Shown piece after piece: positions 35,268-44,938 of a stretch of 64,000 nucleotides of DNA. Every line of letters starts with the position of its first letter. Positions within the stretch are counted from its first letter, which is position 1. Made by a program: the position numbers and the translations under genes. The DNA comes from Candidatus Undinarchaeota archaeon (lineage in GTDB: Archaea > Undinarchaeota > Undinarchaeia > Undinarchaeales > UBA543). The notes under the pieces are model-generated. The model saw nothing but the letters and a program-made list of their open reading frames with translations. It was not told where the DNA came from and did no database searches. The stretch is taken from the NCBI GenBank assembly GCA_964567575.1, contig CAZMMZ010000002.1:26004-90003 (forward strand), given 5' to 3'.

Positions 35268-36728
35268 TCAACCGAATAGGCCAACTCCTAACATGATTAA
35301 TATTGCTATAAGCAAACCAAAGATAGCATATGTTTCTGGAATAACTGAAAGCACAAGGCCTTTTCCAGTTGCTTCTTTGTTTTTCACTGTTGCTCCAATT
35401 GCTCCACCAGCAACTATTCCTTGTCCAATAGCTGATAATCCAGCAAATCCTACTGCACATCCTGCTGCTATTGATGCTAATCCTGCTACGCTTGTTAGTG
35501 ATCCTGCTTTTCCAGCTCCAACAAGACCTACTGCTGCAAGTACGAGAATTGCGACAATGAATCCGTAAAGTGCTTGTGTTTCTGGGAGTACAGAGAAAAC
35601 CATACTCTTACCAAACACTTCAGGCTTTTCAGAAACTGCTCCAACACCTGCTGCTGCTGCGATTCCTTGTCCAATAGCTGATAGTCCTGCTACTCCGACT
35701 GCGATACCTGCACCAACACCTGCTAGTCCAATTGTTTCTGTTATTCCTTGACCACCACCTGATCCAAGTATTCCTGCACCAAGTAATATTAAAATAGCAA
35801 TAAGCATTCCGTAAATTGCTTGTGTTTCTGGTAGTACTGAGAAAACCATTCCTTTTCCCATCATCTTATCGTCTTCAGCAACTGTACTAACTGCAGCTCC
35901 AGCTGCAATTCCTTGTCCAATAGCTGATAATCCTGCTACACCAACTGCAAGACCTGCTCCAACAGCTGCTATTCCTGCACCCATTTTTAATGATCCTACA
36001 ATTGTTCCTCCAATCATTCCTGTTGAAACAAGAATTAGGATTGCGACAATGAATCCGTAAAGTGCCTGTGTTTCTGGAAGTACTGAGAAAACCATTCCTT
36101 TTCCAAACATGTCTTCTTTTTCAGAAACTGCTCCAATAGCTGAACTTGCTGCGATTCCCTGTCCAAGACCTGAAAGTCCTGCTACACCAACTGCGATTCC
36201 AGCACCAAGTGCTGCGAGTCCAATTGGTAATGGGAGTTTTGCAGATGTTGTTCCAATAATTCCTGCACCAAGTAAAATTAAAACAGAAATAAGCATTCCA
36301 TAAATTGCTTGTGTTTCTGGTAATACTGAGAAAACCATTCCTTTTCCCATCATCTTATCATTTTCAGCAACTGCGCCGATTGCAGATCCAGAAGTTATTC
36401 CTTGTCCAATAGCTGAAAGTCCTGCGAAACCAACAGCAATACCTGCTCCAAGACATGCAATTGCAGTACCGATTGAAATATCGGCTGTGGCAGTTCCTAC
36501 AATTCCTGTGCCCATTAAAATAAGTATAGCAATAAGGAAGCCGTAAATTCCCTGAGTTTGTGGAAGCGCTTGGAAAATAAGTGCTGTTGAGAATTTTTCT
36601 GGATCTTCTGTAATAGCTCCAGCTCCAGCAGCTCCTGCGATACCTGCTCCAATTCCACTAGCTAGTCCTGCTACTCCGACTGCAATTCCAGCTCCTATTG
36701 CAGCAATTGCAATTTCTGCAGTTGCCAT
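35268..36728 (-). CDS. atpK: A-type ATP synthase subunit K (c) with six fused hairpins (12 TM)
   Basis: Six ~81-aa units; C-helix motifs PQTQGIY, 4x PETQA(I/L)Y, PETYAIF; GQG in hairpins 2-6. Confidence 0.95.
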   Translation of the reverse strand: MATAEIAIAAIGAGIAVGVAGLASGIGAGIAGAAGAGAITEDPEKFSTALIFQALPQTQGIYGFLIAILILMGTGIVGTATADISIGTAIACLGAGIAVGFAGLSAIGQGITSGSAIGAVAENDKMMGKGMVFSVLPETQAIYGMLISVLILLGAGIIGTTSAKLPLPIGLAALGAGIAVGVAGLSGLGQGIAASSAIGAVSEKEDMFGKGMVFSVLPETQALYGFIVAILILVSTGMIGGTIVGSLKMGAGIAAVGAGLAVGVAGLSAIGQGIAAGAAVSTVAEDDKMMGKGMVFSVLPETQAIYGMLIAILILLGAGILGSGGGQGITETIGLAGVGAGIAVGVAGLSAIGQGIAAAAGVGAVSEKPEVFGKSMVFSVLPETQALYGFIVAILVLAAVGLVGAGKAGSLTSVAGLASIAAGCAVGFAGLSAIGQGIVAGGAIGATVKNKEATGKGLVLSVIPETYAIFGLLIAILIMLGVGLFG

Positions 36729-36781
36729 TTTAGTTGCCCCCCTTTAGGGTTTTCTTTTCAATTGATTCATGATTTCTCATT

Positions 36782-38743
36782 TTATTTTTCCTCTATTGTA
36801 GTATAATCTCGACTTACTGAAAACGGTGAATATTTTCTTCCACCGCCACTGTAGAATTTACTAAAGAATTCTACATATTGTAAACGAAGTCCGTGAACAA
36901 AAGCACCGAGTGCATTCATAGCAAAACTGAATGCATGACCTACTGAAAATATGATTATTGCAAGAAGTATTCCAAGGAATGGAACTCCTGAGACCATTCC
37001 TGCAAGTAAATTCATTGTCATTGCAATACCACCTGTTGCAAGACATAAAGCAAGAAGACGTGTGAAAGACATAACATCTCCAAAGAATCCTGTTACATCG
37101 AATAATCCTATAACTCCTTTAAATCTGATAAGTATTACTAATGAAAGTCCTGCAAGTACGTATGCTACATATTTGAGTCCACCTGCTAATTCTATTCCTA
37201 GCATTGGACCAAGAAGAATGAATGCTGCAGCTTGTAGGGAGAACCAAATTATCTGTCCGTGTAACATTTCAAGTTTCTTTCCCTGTTTCCAATTATTAAT
37301 TGCTCCAAGAATAAGTCCAAGATTCAAATGAGCAATTCCAACAAATAATGAAACTTTTAGAATAACAAGTGGGTTTGTTAATGGATCAACCCATGGGGCA
37401 AGGTTTGCAGGTTCTAATCCCCAAATATATTTTGGAAGATCTCCCAGATAACTTCCTGTAAGAACCCCAAAGAACATTGTTGAAAGACCAACTGCAGAAA
37501 CAATTGTTCCAACTTCTTTCATACTTGCATTGTGTTTTCCAAGTTTTACTAGTAGGAAAGCCCCTCCTATAAATAAAAGAAGTCCATAAACAAAATCAGT
37601 AAGCATCAACCCTGCGTAAAGAATCAAAAGTGGTGTTATAAGTGTTGTTGGATCAATTTCATTATATTTTGGAAGAGAATACATCTCTGTCATCATTTCG
37701 AATGGCTTTGCAATCCATTTATTTTTCAAAAGTACTGGCACATCATCGTCTTCAGTTGGTTCTTCTATTTTTATATGGCAACAATTATGTGAGGATTTTT
37801 GAATAGATTCTGTGATTTTTTTTGCATCTTTTTTTGGAACCCATCCATGCATTATGAATGTTTTTTTAGTTCCTGCCATTTTTCCCAGAGCATCTATTCG
37901 TTCTTTCTCAATAACAAGTTGTTCTCGTATTGTGCTAAGATTTAAACTCCATTTAGTGTTGAGTTTTTTCAGTTTCTCTTTTTTATTTTTAATATCCTCT
38001 TCTAATTCTTTTATTTTATCTTCAATACTTGTTTTTGTTTCTTTAACAGAAGGAATATCAAATTCTTCAAAGCCATAAGTTCTTAGAACAAGATTTGTTT
38101 TATCTTTATCATCAAGCATTACAGTTATTGTAGCAATACTTGTTTCTTGATCTAATTCTTCAATAATTATATGAGCGTCAGGTGTTTCGTGTGTAACATC
38201 TTTTACAAATTCTTCCTTTTTTTCATTTTGAATTTTTCCAGCAAAAGTATAAACACGACTTGAATAACCAACGTTGTGATAATCAACATTTATTTTTTCT
38301 AACAGTTCTTTTATATTTTTTAAATTTTTGTGTTGCTGGATATCGTTTTCTAAGCTTTCAATTTTTGAACTAATTGCTCCAACTTTAATATCAAGTTCTT
38401 TTATGATTTCACTATTTTCTTTAATAACTGCGTTTGGATCATTGTTTATGACTTTTGTTTTCTTTTCAATAGCTTCACTTCCAAACATTCCGCTTTTCTG
38501 TTCTTCTGAACTTTTAAGAATATCATTAATCCTGTCTAATTTTATTAAAAGTGGTGCTAATTCTGTTATTTCTGATGTGTGTGCAGTTCCTTCAAGAAAA
38601 CTTTTCCACTCTGGATGTTCAAGAAATTCGCTTGCATCTTCAAGTTGCATTGCACTAGTTTCATGAAGTGCCCTAATAACATCGTCTCTGTACTTGTTCA
38701 AGGCGATGAACTTGAACTTTTGCATGCGTGCTGGTATAAACAT
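36782..38743 (-). CDS. atpI: A-type ATP synthase subunit I (a)
   Basis: PKYNEIDPT, GDVMSFTRLLAL (stator Arg), HGLRLQYVEFFSKFY. Confidence 0.95.
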   Translation of the reverse strand: MFIPARMQKFKFIALNKYRDDVIRALHETSAMQLEDASEFLEHPEWKSFLEGTAHTSEITELAPLLIKLDRINDILKSSEEQKSGMFGSEAIEKKTKVINNDPNAVIKENSEIIKELDIKVGAISSKIESLENDIQQHKNLKNIKELLEKINVDYHNVGYSSRVYTFAGKIQNEKKEEFVKDVTHETPDAHIIIEELDQETSIATITVMLDDKDKTNLVLRTYGFEEFDIPSVKETKTSIEDKIKELEEDIKNKKEKLKKLNTKWSLNLSTIREQLVIEKERIDALGKMAGTKKTFIMHGWVPKKDAKKITESIQKSSHNCCHIKIEEPTEDDDVPVLLKNKWIAKPFEMMTEMYSLPKYNEIDPTTLITPLLILYAGLMLTDFVYGLLLFIGGAFLLVKLGKHNASMKEVGTIVSAVGLSTMFFGVLTGSYLGDLPKYIWGLEPANLAPWVDPLTNPLVILKVSLFVGIAHLNLGLILGAINNWKQGKKLEMLHGQIIWFSLQAAAFILLGPMLGIELAGGLKYVAYVLAGLSLVILIRFKGVIGLFDVTGFFGDVMSFTRLLALCLATGGIAMTMNLLAGMVSGVPFLGILLAIIIFSVGHAFSFAMNALGAFVHGLRLQYVEFFSKFYSGGGRKYSPFSVSRDYTTIEEK

Positions 38744-38750
38744 TTTACAG

Positions 38751-39068
38751 TTACTTCTCTTGTAATATGTGTTTTATCACAGTTTCAACAGCTTTTTCAA
38801 TATGTGCTTCTGATTTTTTCTCATCACTTTCAATATCTTTTTTTATTTTTTGAAGTGAGTGTGAAGATTCTTTTTCAGTACTATCTTTAGTTGTAGCTAA
38901 TAATTCTTCTGCTTCATCTTGTGCTTTTTTCAAAATTAGTTCTTTTTCTTTCTGAACATCTTTGGATGCATTGTCCAAGATCTTCTCAGCCTCTTTATGG
39001 GCTTTTTCCACAAGTGCTTCCGCCTTGTGTTCTGCTTCTTTTATTTCAACAAGTGCTTGTTTTGGCAT
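38751..39068 (-). CDS. atpH: A-type ATP synthase subunit H
   Basis: EIKEAEHKAE coiled coil; first gene of the operon. Confidence 0.85.
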   Translation of the reverse strand: MPKQALVEIKEAEHKAEALVEKAHKEAEKILDNASKDVQKEKELILKKAQDEAEELLATTKDSTEKESSHSLQKIKKDIESDEKKSEAHIEKAVETVIKHILQEK

Positions 39069-39239
39069 TAGACTCCAACCTCATTAAATTGATAATGATA
39101 CTATGCGCTATCTCCCCCTCATATGATTATAACTAAGCGCATCTGATATGGAGGGTGTAGATGTATATAAATGTTATTTTTTTTTATTCTTTCTTTCCAA
39201 AACTTTTTATATTTGGAATTTGAGTATTTATTGATAAAA

Positions 39240-40160
39240 ATGGCCAACTATGTAGTTACAGGGGGCGCTGGTTTTATTGGCTCTAACATTGTTGAAGAGC
39301 TTGTGAAGCGCGGCGAAACTGTTAAAGTTATTGACGATTTGAGCACTGGGAGTCGCTCAAACTTAAAGAATGTTTTAAAAGACATTGAATTTGTTAAAGG
39401 AAGCATTACTAATTATGCTCTTTTGAAAAAAGAATTTGCAGGATATGATTATGTGTTACATCAAGCTGCAGAAGTTTCTGTTCAAAAATCAATTAAGCAT
39501 CCAGTAAACACAGCTAAAATTAATGTTCTTGGTACAATTAATGTATTGAAAGCTGCTAAAGATACTGGTATCAATCGTGTTGTTATTGCATCTTCTTGTG
39601 CTGTTTATGGTGAAAGCCCAACTGCAGTTTCCGAGAATTCAATTGTAAAACCACTTTCTCCATATGCTGCATCAAAACTTTCTGCTGAAACATTTTCTCG
39701 ATTATATTCTGATCTATATGGTCTTGAAACAGTTTGCTTACGTTATTTCAATGTATTCGGACCTCGACAAAATCCTAAATCCGAATATGCTGCTGTAATT
39801 CCAAAATTTTTGAAAATAGTTAAAGCACGAAGAAAACCAGTAATTTATGGTGATGGTTTCCAAACTCGTGATTTTGTTTATGTTTCTAATGTTGTTGAGG
39901 CAAATATTTTAGCTGCAACCAAACCTGGTGTTGGTGGAAATACTTACAATATTGGAACTGGTATTAGTACAGATATTAACACTCTTGTTAAACATGTTAA
40001 CAAAGTTTTAGAGAAGAATGTCACTCCAAAATATGAAGCTGCGCGTGATGGCGATATTAAACAATCTAAAGCTCATATTAGTGCAGCAAAACAGGGTTTG
40101 AATTATTTCCCTAAAGTTGATTTAATAGCTGGTTTAAGAAAAACTGTTGAGGCACTATGA
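39240..40160 (+). CDS. NAD-dependent nucleotide-sugar epimerase (UDP-Glc/GlcNAc 4-epimerase-like)
   Basis: VTGGAGFIGS, HQAA, SSCAVYG, YAASK, LRYFNVFGPRQ. Confidence 0.9.
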   Translation: MANYVVTGGAGFIGSNIVEELVKRGETVKVIDDLSTGSRSNLKNVLKDIEFVKGSITNYALLKKEFAGYDYVLHQAAEVSVQKSIKHPVNTAKINVLGTINVLKAAKDTGINRVVIASSCAVYGESPTAVSENSIVKPLSPYAASKLSAETFSRLYSDLYGLETVCLRYFNVFGPRQNPKSEYAAVIPKFLKIVKARRKPVIYGDGFQTRDFVYVSNVVEANILAATKPGVGGNTYNIGTGISTDINTLVKHVNKVLEKNVTPKYEAARDGDIKQSKAHISAAKQGLNYFPKVDLIAGLRKTVEAL

Positions 40161-41362
40161 GTAAGGTTTGTGTTATAGGTCTTGGTTATGTTGGTTTACC
40201 TCTAGCACGATTATGTTCTGAAAAAGGTCATGAAGTTTCTGGATTTGATATTGATCCTGACAAGATTGAAAAATTAAAATCAGAATTAAAAGTAAGTTCA
40301 GATCCTAGTATTATTAAAGATTCTGAAATTATTTTGGTTTGTGTTCCAACTCCAGTTCATGAAGATAAAACTCCTAATCTTGATCCATTAAAAAGTGCTG
40401 TCAAATTTGTTTCTGAAAATTTGTCAAAAGATTCTATTGTTATTATTGAATCTACAATCTTTCCTGGAACAACTGAAGAAGTTGTTAAACCAATTCTTGA
40501 AGAATCTGGTTTGAAAGCAGGTTCTGATTTTTATTTGATTCATTGTCCTGAGCGAATTGATCCTGGAAATAAAGAATGGACTCTCTCAAATATTCCTCGT
40601 GTGGTTGGTGCATTAACTCCTGTTGGTGCGCGAAAAGCAAGAGAGTTTTACAGTTCTATTATTGATGCACCAGTTTCTGTTTTATCTTCATTAAAATCAG
40701 CTGAAGCTGTGAAAGTTGTTGAGAATACTTTCCGCGACATAAACATTGCTTACGTTAATGAACTTGCAATGAGTTTTGATAAAGCTGGAATTGATTTACT
40801 TGAAGTAATAAAAGGCGCAAGCACCAAACCATTTGGTTTCATGCCACATTATCCTGGTTGTGGGGTTGGTGGTCATTGTATCCCAGTTGATCCATATTAT
40901 TTAATTGATAAAGCTGAGCAAAATGGTTTCAAACATACTTTTTTGAAAATGGCCCGGGATATTAATCGAAACATGCCAAGTTATACAGTTTCTTTGTTAG
41001 AAAATATTGTTGAGGATATTTCAAATGCAAAAGTTGGTGTTCTTGGAATTTCTTACAAAGGAAATGTTAATGATGTTCGAGGAAGCCCAGGGTTGAAAAT
41101 GAAAAAAGTTCTTGAAGAAAAAAAGGCAAGTGTTGAAATTTTTGATCCATTTGTTCCTGAGCAAAGCACTGTTTCAAAACTTGATGAACTTCTTGAAAAA
41201 TCTGATTACATTATTTTAGCAACAGCGCATGATGAGTTTCTTAAAATTAATGGAGAGCAATTGAAAAAGAATGGGGTTAAGGCAATTGTTGATGGTAGGA
41301 ATTGTTTAGATCCGAAATCAATTGTAGGTGCGGATGTAAAGTATAAGGGGATTGGACTGTAA
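40157..41362 (+). CDS. UDP-N-acetylhexosamine 6-dehydrogenase (WbpA/WecC-like)
   Basis: GLGYVGLP, CVPTP, ESTIFPGTT, PERIDPG, ENTFRDINIA, GVGGHCIPVDP. Confidence 0.92.
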   Translation: MSKVCVIGLGYVGLPLARLCSEKGHEVSGFDIDPDKIEKLKSELKVSSDPSIIKDSEIILVCVPTPVHEDKTPNLDPLKSAVKFVSENLSKDSIVIIESTIFPGTTEEVVKPILEESGLKAGSDFYLIHCPERIDPGNKEWTLSNIPRVVGALTPVGARKAREFYSSIIDAPVSVLSSLKSAEAVKVVENTFRDINIAYVNELAMSFDKAGIDLLEVIKGASTKPFGFMPHYPGCGVGGHCIPVDPYYLIDKAEQNGFKHTFLKMARDINRNMPSYTVSLLENIVEDISNAKVGVLGISYKGNVNDVRGSPGLKMKKVLEEKKASVEIFDPFVPEQSTVSKLDELLEKSDYIILATAHDEFLKINGEQLKKNGVKAIVDGRNCLDPKSIVGADVKYKGIGL

Positions 41363-41403
41363 ATTTTTATTCTCTGACTTTCCACAACCTTTATATACAA
41401 CAA

Positions 41404-41440
41404 ATGAATCCTTATTCATATGAATTGCAATTCATATGAA
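41404..41440. promoter_or_regulatory. Two tandem ArsR/SmtB-type operator boxes overlapping the arsR start
   Basis: ATGAA-TCCTTA-TTCAT (41404-41419) and a perfect 26-bp palindrome TTCATATGAATTGCAATTCATATGAA (41415-41440), both TGAA-n6-TTCA. Confidence 0.75.
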
Positions 41441-41719
41441 ACATTCTTTCAGAACTTTGCCAATAAGGCAAAACTAAGTATTATAATGTGCCTGCGAGAC
41501 GGTCCTAAAAATGTCACACAATTATGTGGATGTGAGTGCGGTGAACAAAGTGCAGTATCTCATAATTTGCGCAAGCTGTGTGACTGTAATATTATTAGTG
41601 TAGAACAAAAAGGTAGAGAGCATGTTTATTCTTTAAACAAAAAAACAACTCTCCCTCTTCTTACTCTTGTGCAAAAACATGTTGAAGCAAATTGCACTGT
41701 GAGGTGTTGCAAAAAATGA
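41420..41719 (+). CDS. Cys-rich ArsR/SmtB family regulator
   Basis: NVTQL...EQSAVSHNLRKL...KGREHVYSL HTH; 10 Cys in 99 aa. Confidence 0.88.
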   Translation: MNCNSYETFFQNFANKAKLSIIMCLRDGPKNVTQLCGCECGEQSAVSHNLRKLCDCNIISVEQKGREHVYSLNKKTTLPLLTLVQKHVEANCTVRCCKK

Positions 41720-42900
41720 GCAAAGAAGTTTACTTAGATTCAGGAGCATCCACAATGGTGGATCCAAAAGTAGTGGAAAAAATGCTTCCATACTTTAATA
41801 CTAAATTTGGGAATGCAAGTTCTCTTCATTCTCTTGGTATTGAAGCTAAAGAAGCACTTGAAAGTGCAAGACGACAAATTGCTAGTTTAATTGGAGCAAA
41901 ACCAAAAGAAATTGTTTTTACAAGTGGCGGAACTGAATCAAATAATTTTGCTCTCAAAAGTGTTGCATTTACTAATCGAGATAAAGGCAATCATATAATC
42001 ACAACAAAAGTTGAACACAAATGTATTATGAAAACTTGTGAATGGCTTGAGAAGCAAGATTTCAAAATAACTTATTTAGATGTTGATGAAGAAGGTTTTG
42101 TAAAACCAGAAGCCCTTGAAGCAGCAATTACAGACAAAACTCTTATTGTTTCTATTATTCATGGAAATAATGAACTTGGGACAATTCAAGATCTTGAAAC
42201 TCTTGGAAAAATTTGCAAAGAAAAAGGAGTTTTATTTCATACTGATGCATGTCAAAGTTTTACAAAAACTTTGTTAGATGTTGATAAACAAAATCTTGAT
42301 TTAATTACTTTGAATTCTCATAAAATTCACGGGCCAAAAGGTGCTGGTGTTCTTTACATCCGAGCTGGTACAAAAATTGAACAATGGCAACACGGCGGAT
42401 CACATGAAAATGATATGCGAGCCGGCACTGAAAATATTCACGGTATTGTTGGATTTGCAGAAGCTGCAAGAATTGCATCTGATAAAAAACATGTTGATCA
42501 CATGACAAAACTTCGAGACAAATTAATCAAAGGAATTCTTGAAATTCCAGATAGTAGATTGAATGGCCCGCAAGGGGATAAGAGATTATGTAATAATACA
42601 AATTTCTCTTTTGCTCAAGTTGAAGGTGAAGCAATTGGTGGTTACTTAGATCAAAAAGGAATTTCAAGTTCAACCGGTTCAGCATGTTCAGCTAAAATCT
42701 TGGAGCCAAGTTATGTTCTTCAAGCAATTGGTTTAACCGATGAAGAAGCAAATGGAAGTCTTCGTTTAACACTTAGCCGATTCACAAAAGAAGAAGATGT
42801 TGATTATGTTTTAGAAGAGCTTCCAAAAATAATTAAAAAATTAAGAGGATTTTCGCCACTAGCGAAAGTAGCAAACTATGTACTCAAAAAAAACACTTGA
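41716..42900 (+). CDS. iscS: Cysteine desulfurase (IscS/NifS group I)
   Basis: YLDSGAST, FTSGGTES, HGNNELG, HTDACQ, NSHKIHGPKG, SSTGSACS. Confidence 0.95.
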   Translation: MSKEVYLDSGASTMVDPKVVEKMLPYFNTKFGNASSLHSLGIEAKEALESARRQIASLIGAKPKEIVFTSGGTESNNFALKSVAFTNRDKGNHIITTKVEHKCIMKTCEWLEKQDFKITYLDVDEEGFVKPEALEAAITDKTLIVSIIHGNNELGTIQDLETLGKICKEKGVLFHTDACQSFTKTLLDVDKQNLDLITLNSHKIHGPKGAGVLYIRAGTKIEQWQHGGSHENDMRAGTENIHGIVGFAEAARIASDKKHVDHMTKLRDKLIKGILEIPDSRLNGPQGDKRLCNNTNFSFAQVEGEAIGGYLDQKGISSSTGSACSAKILEPSYVLQAIGLTDEEANGSLRLTLSRFTKEEDVDYVLEELPKIIKKLRGFSPLAKVANYVLKKNT

Positions 42901-43318
42901 ACGATTTCAAAATCCAAAGCACTTGCATGATATGGAAGATGCAACAGTTACTGGACAAGTTGGAAATGTAAAATGTGGAGATGTTATGAAACTCTTCCTA
43001 AAAATCGAACAGGATAAAATTGTTGATGCTAGTGTGCAAACGTATGGTTGCGTGGCTGCAATTTCCGCATCAGATGCACTATGCGAAATTTTAATTGGAA
43101 AAACAGTTGCAGAAGCAAAAGCATTAACTTTTAATGATGTTATGGTTAAGCTTGGTGATGTTCCTCAAGTTAAAGTTCATTGTTCCCAACTTGGTATTGA
43201 ATCTCTAAAGAAAGCACTTGAAAATTATGATTCTGGGAAAAACACTGGGCGCGCAGATGTTCATAATTGTGAAGTCTGTGGTAGTTGTTCAAGAAAGAAG
43301 GGGGTAAAACATGACTGA
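42878..43318 (+). CDS. iscU: Fe-S scaffold IscU/NifU-N with C-terminal CxxCxxC
   Basis: GNVKCGDVM, TYGCVAAIS, KVHCSQL, tail NCEVCGSC. Confidence 0.92.
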   Translation: MYSKKTLERFQNPKHLHDMEDATVTGQVGNVKCGDVMKLFLKIEQDKIVDASVQTYGCVAAISASDALCEILIGKTVAEAKALTFNDVMVKLGDVPQVKVHCSQLGIESLKKALENYDSGKNTGRADVHNCEVCGSCSRKKGVKHD

Positions 43319-43409
43319 TAAAAAGAAAAAAAGTCTTTACAAAAAAGTTGATGATTGGCTAAAAGAAAAGACTAAACCTAAAAAAGGATGTAAATGCTAT
43401 AATTGTTAA
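43311..43409 (+). CDS. 32-aa basic peptide ending GCKCYNC
   Basis: [32 protein letters not shown]; GGGGT SD; overlaps iscU stop. Confidence 0.55.
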   Translation: MTDKKKKSLYKKVDDWLKEKTKPKKGCKCYNC

Positions 43410-43417
43410 TAATAAAA

Positions 43418-44368
43418 ATGTTACAAGAAATTATTGATTGGATCTTGCAGGGACTTTTTGGTTTAAATCCAACTTCACATTTAACGCAGAGTCTTAATTT
43501 TTTTCTTTATGATACAGTTAAAATTCTTTTTCTTTTGTTTGTAATGATTACATTTGTAGGATTTTTAAGAACTTATATTTCTCCTAAAAAAATTCGCAAG
43601 TGGCTTAGTAAAAAATATGGTTTGAGTAATCTTGCAGCTTCAACTTTCGGAGCAATTACTCCATTCTGTTCATGTTCTTCAATTCCAATTTTCTTGAGTT
43701 TTATTAAATCAGGAGTTCCTCTTGGTGTAACCTTTTCTTTCTTAATTACTTCTCCACTTGTAAATGAATATCTAGTAGTCCTTATGCTCGGTTTCTTTGG
43801 ATGGAAAATAACTGCGCTTTATGTCTTAAGTGGAATGTTGCTAGGGATGATTCTTGGAATAATTCTTGGAAAGCTTGGATTAGAAAAATACTTGGAAAAA
43901 GATATTGTTCAATCAACTGAAATGAAAGAACAAAATTATTCTAATTTGAAAGAACGAATTTCTTTTGGATTTGCTGAAGCAATTTCAATTATCAAAAAAC
44001 TTTGGCTTTGGATAATTGTTGGTGTTGCTGCTGGCGCTATTATTCACAATTATATTCCATCAGAAGTTATTCAATCAGTAATTAGTAAAGGTGGAATTTT
44101 CACAGTTCCACTTGCCACGTTCCTTGGAGTTCCAATGTATGGAAGCTGTGCAGCAATTGTCCCAATTGCAGTTGTGCTCTTTAACAAAGGAGTACCTCTT
44201 GGAACTGCTCTTGCATTTATGATGGCCACTGCAGCATTGAGTTTCCCCGAAGCAATTATTTTGAGAAGGGCTATGAAACTTAAACTGATTTTAATTTTCT
44301 TTGGAATAGTTACTCTTGGAATAATTTTTACTGGCTATTTGTTTAATGTGTTGCAATTTTTAATTTAG
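43418..44368 (+). CDS. DUF318/ArsP-family permease
   Basis: [52 protein letters not shown]. Confidence 0.9.
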   Translation: MLQEIIDWILQGLFGLNPTSHLTQSLNFFLYDTVKILFLLFVMITFVGFLRTYISPKKIRKWLSKKYGLSNLAASTFGAITPFCSCSSIPIFLSFIKSGVPLGVTFSFLITSPLVNEYLVVLMLGFFGWKITALYVLSGMLLGMILGIILGKLGLEKYLEKDIVQSTEMKEQNYSNLKERISFGFAEAISIIKKLWLWIIVGVAAGAIIHNYIPSEVIQSVISKGGIFTVPLATFLGVPMYGSCAAIVPIAVVLFNKGVPLGTALAFMMATAALSFPEAIILRRAMKLKLILIFFGIVTLGIIFTGYLFNVLQFLI

Positions 44369-44405
44369 GTAAACTTTAAATAAACATACTCATATCTCGA
44401 AGAGC

Positions 44406-44801
44406 ATGAAAAAATTACTAAATGCACTTTGTATTTTAATAATCGTAATTTCTTTTATTATTCCTGTTTATGCCATTGAGGATGATGTCATAATCAATGA
44501 ACGCGAGGAGCTTCCTGTTGTTGATATTGAAACAACAGATCTTGTAATTGCTCCTGCTCTAGAAAAGGAAGGTGAAATCATTACTGAATCTCCATTAGAT
44601 GACGACGCAAACATGGAACCGAAAGATTTTGTTGAAAATCCAGAAGGAACAATTGGTATTGAAGATCCAGAACCTATAATGATGGAAACTACAACTCAAG
44701 CACCGCCAAAACCAGTAGTTAATTACCGATTTGTAATGTTCCCAGCCATACTAGTTTTTATTAGTTTGATTGTGTTCTTGATACTTGTATCAAAAAAATA
44801 G
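44406..44801 (+). CDS. Acidic surface protein with signal peptide and C-terminal TM anchor
   Basis: Signal peptide, D/E/P-rich body, TM plus KK tail. Confidence 0.65.
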   Translation: MKKLLNALCILIIVISFIIPVYAIEDDVIINEREELPVVDIETTDLVIAPALEKEGEIITESPLDDDANMEPKDFVENPEGTIGIEDPEPIMMETTTQAPPKPVVNYRFVMFPAILVFISLIVFLILVSKK

Positions 44802-44849
44802 AGTTAGAAAAATCTCAAAATTAAGAATTCAAAAATAATTTTTATTGTA

Positions 44850-44927
44850 TTACATAATAAAATAATAATATCCAGCAGCTGCAAGTGCAAGCAGGATGAT
44901 TACAATGATAATCCATTTAGCTTCCAT
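44850..44927 (-). CDS. 25-aa single-TM microprotein
   Basis: MEAKWIIIVIILLALAAAGYYYFIM; AGGAGGT SD overlapping the stop of the DegT gene. Confidence 0.6.
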   Translation of the reverse strand: MEAKWIIIVIILLALAAAGYYYFIM

Positions 44928-44938
44928 TAATTTACCTC

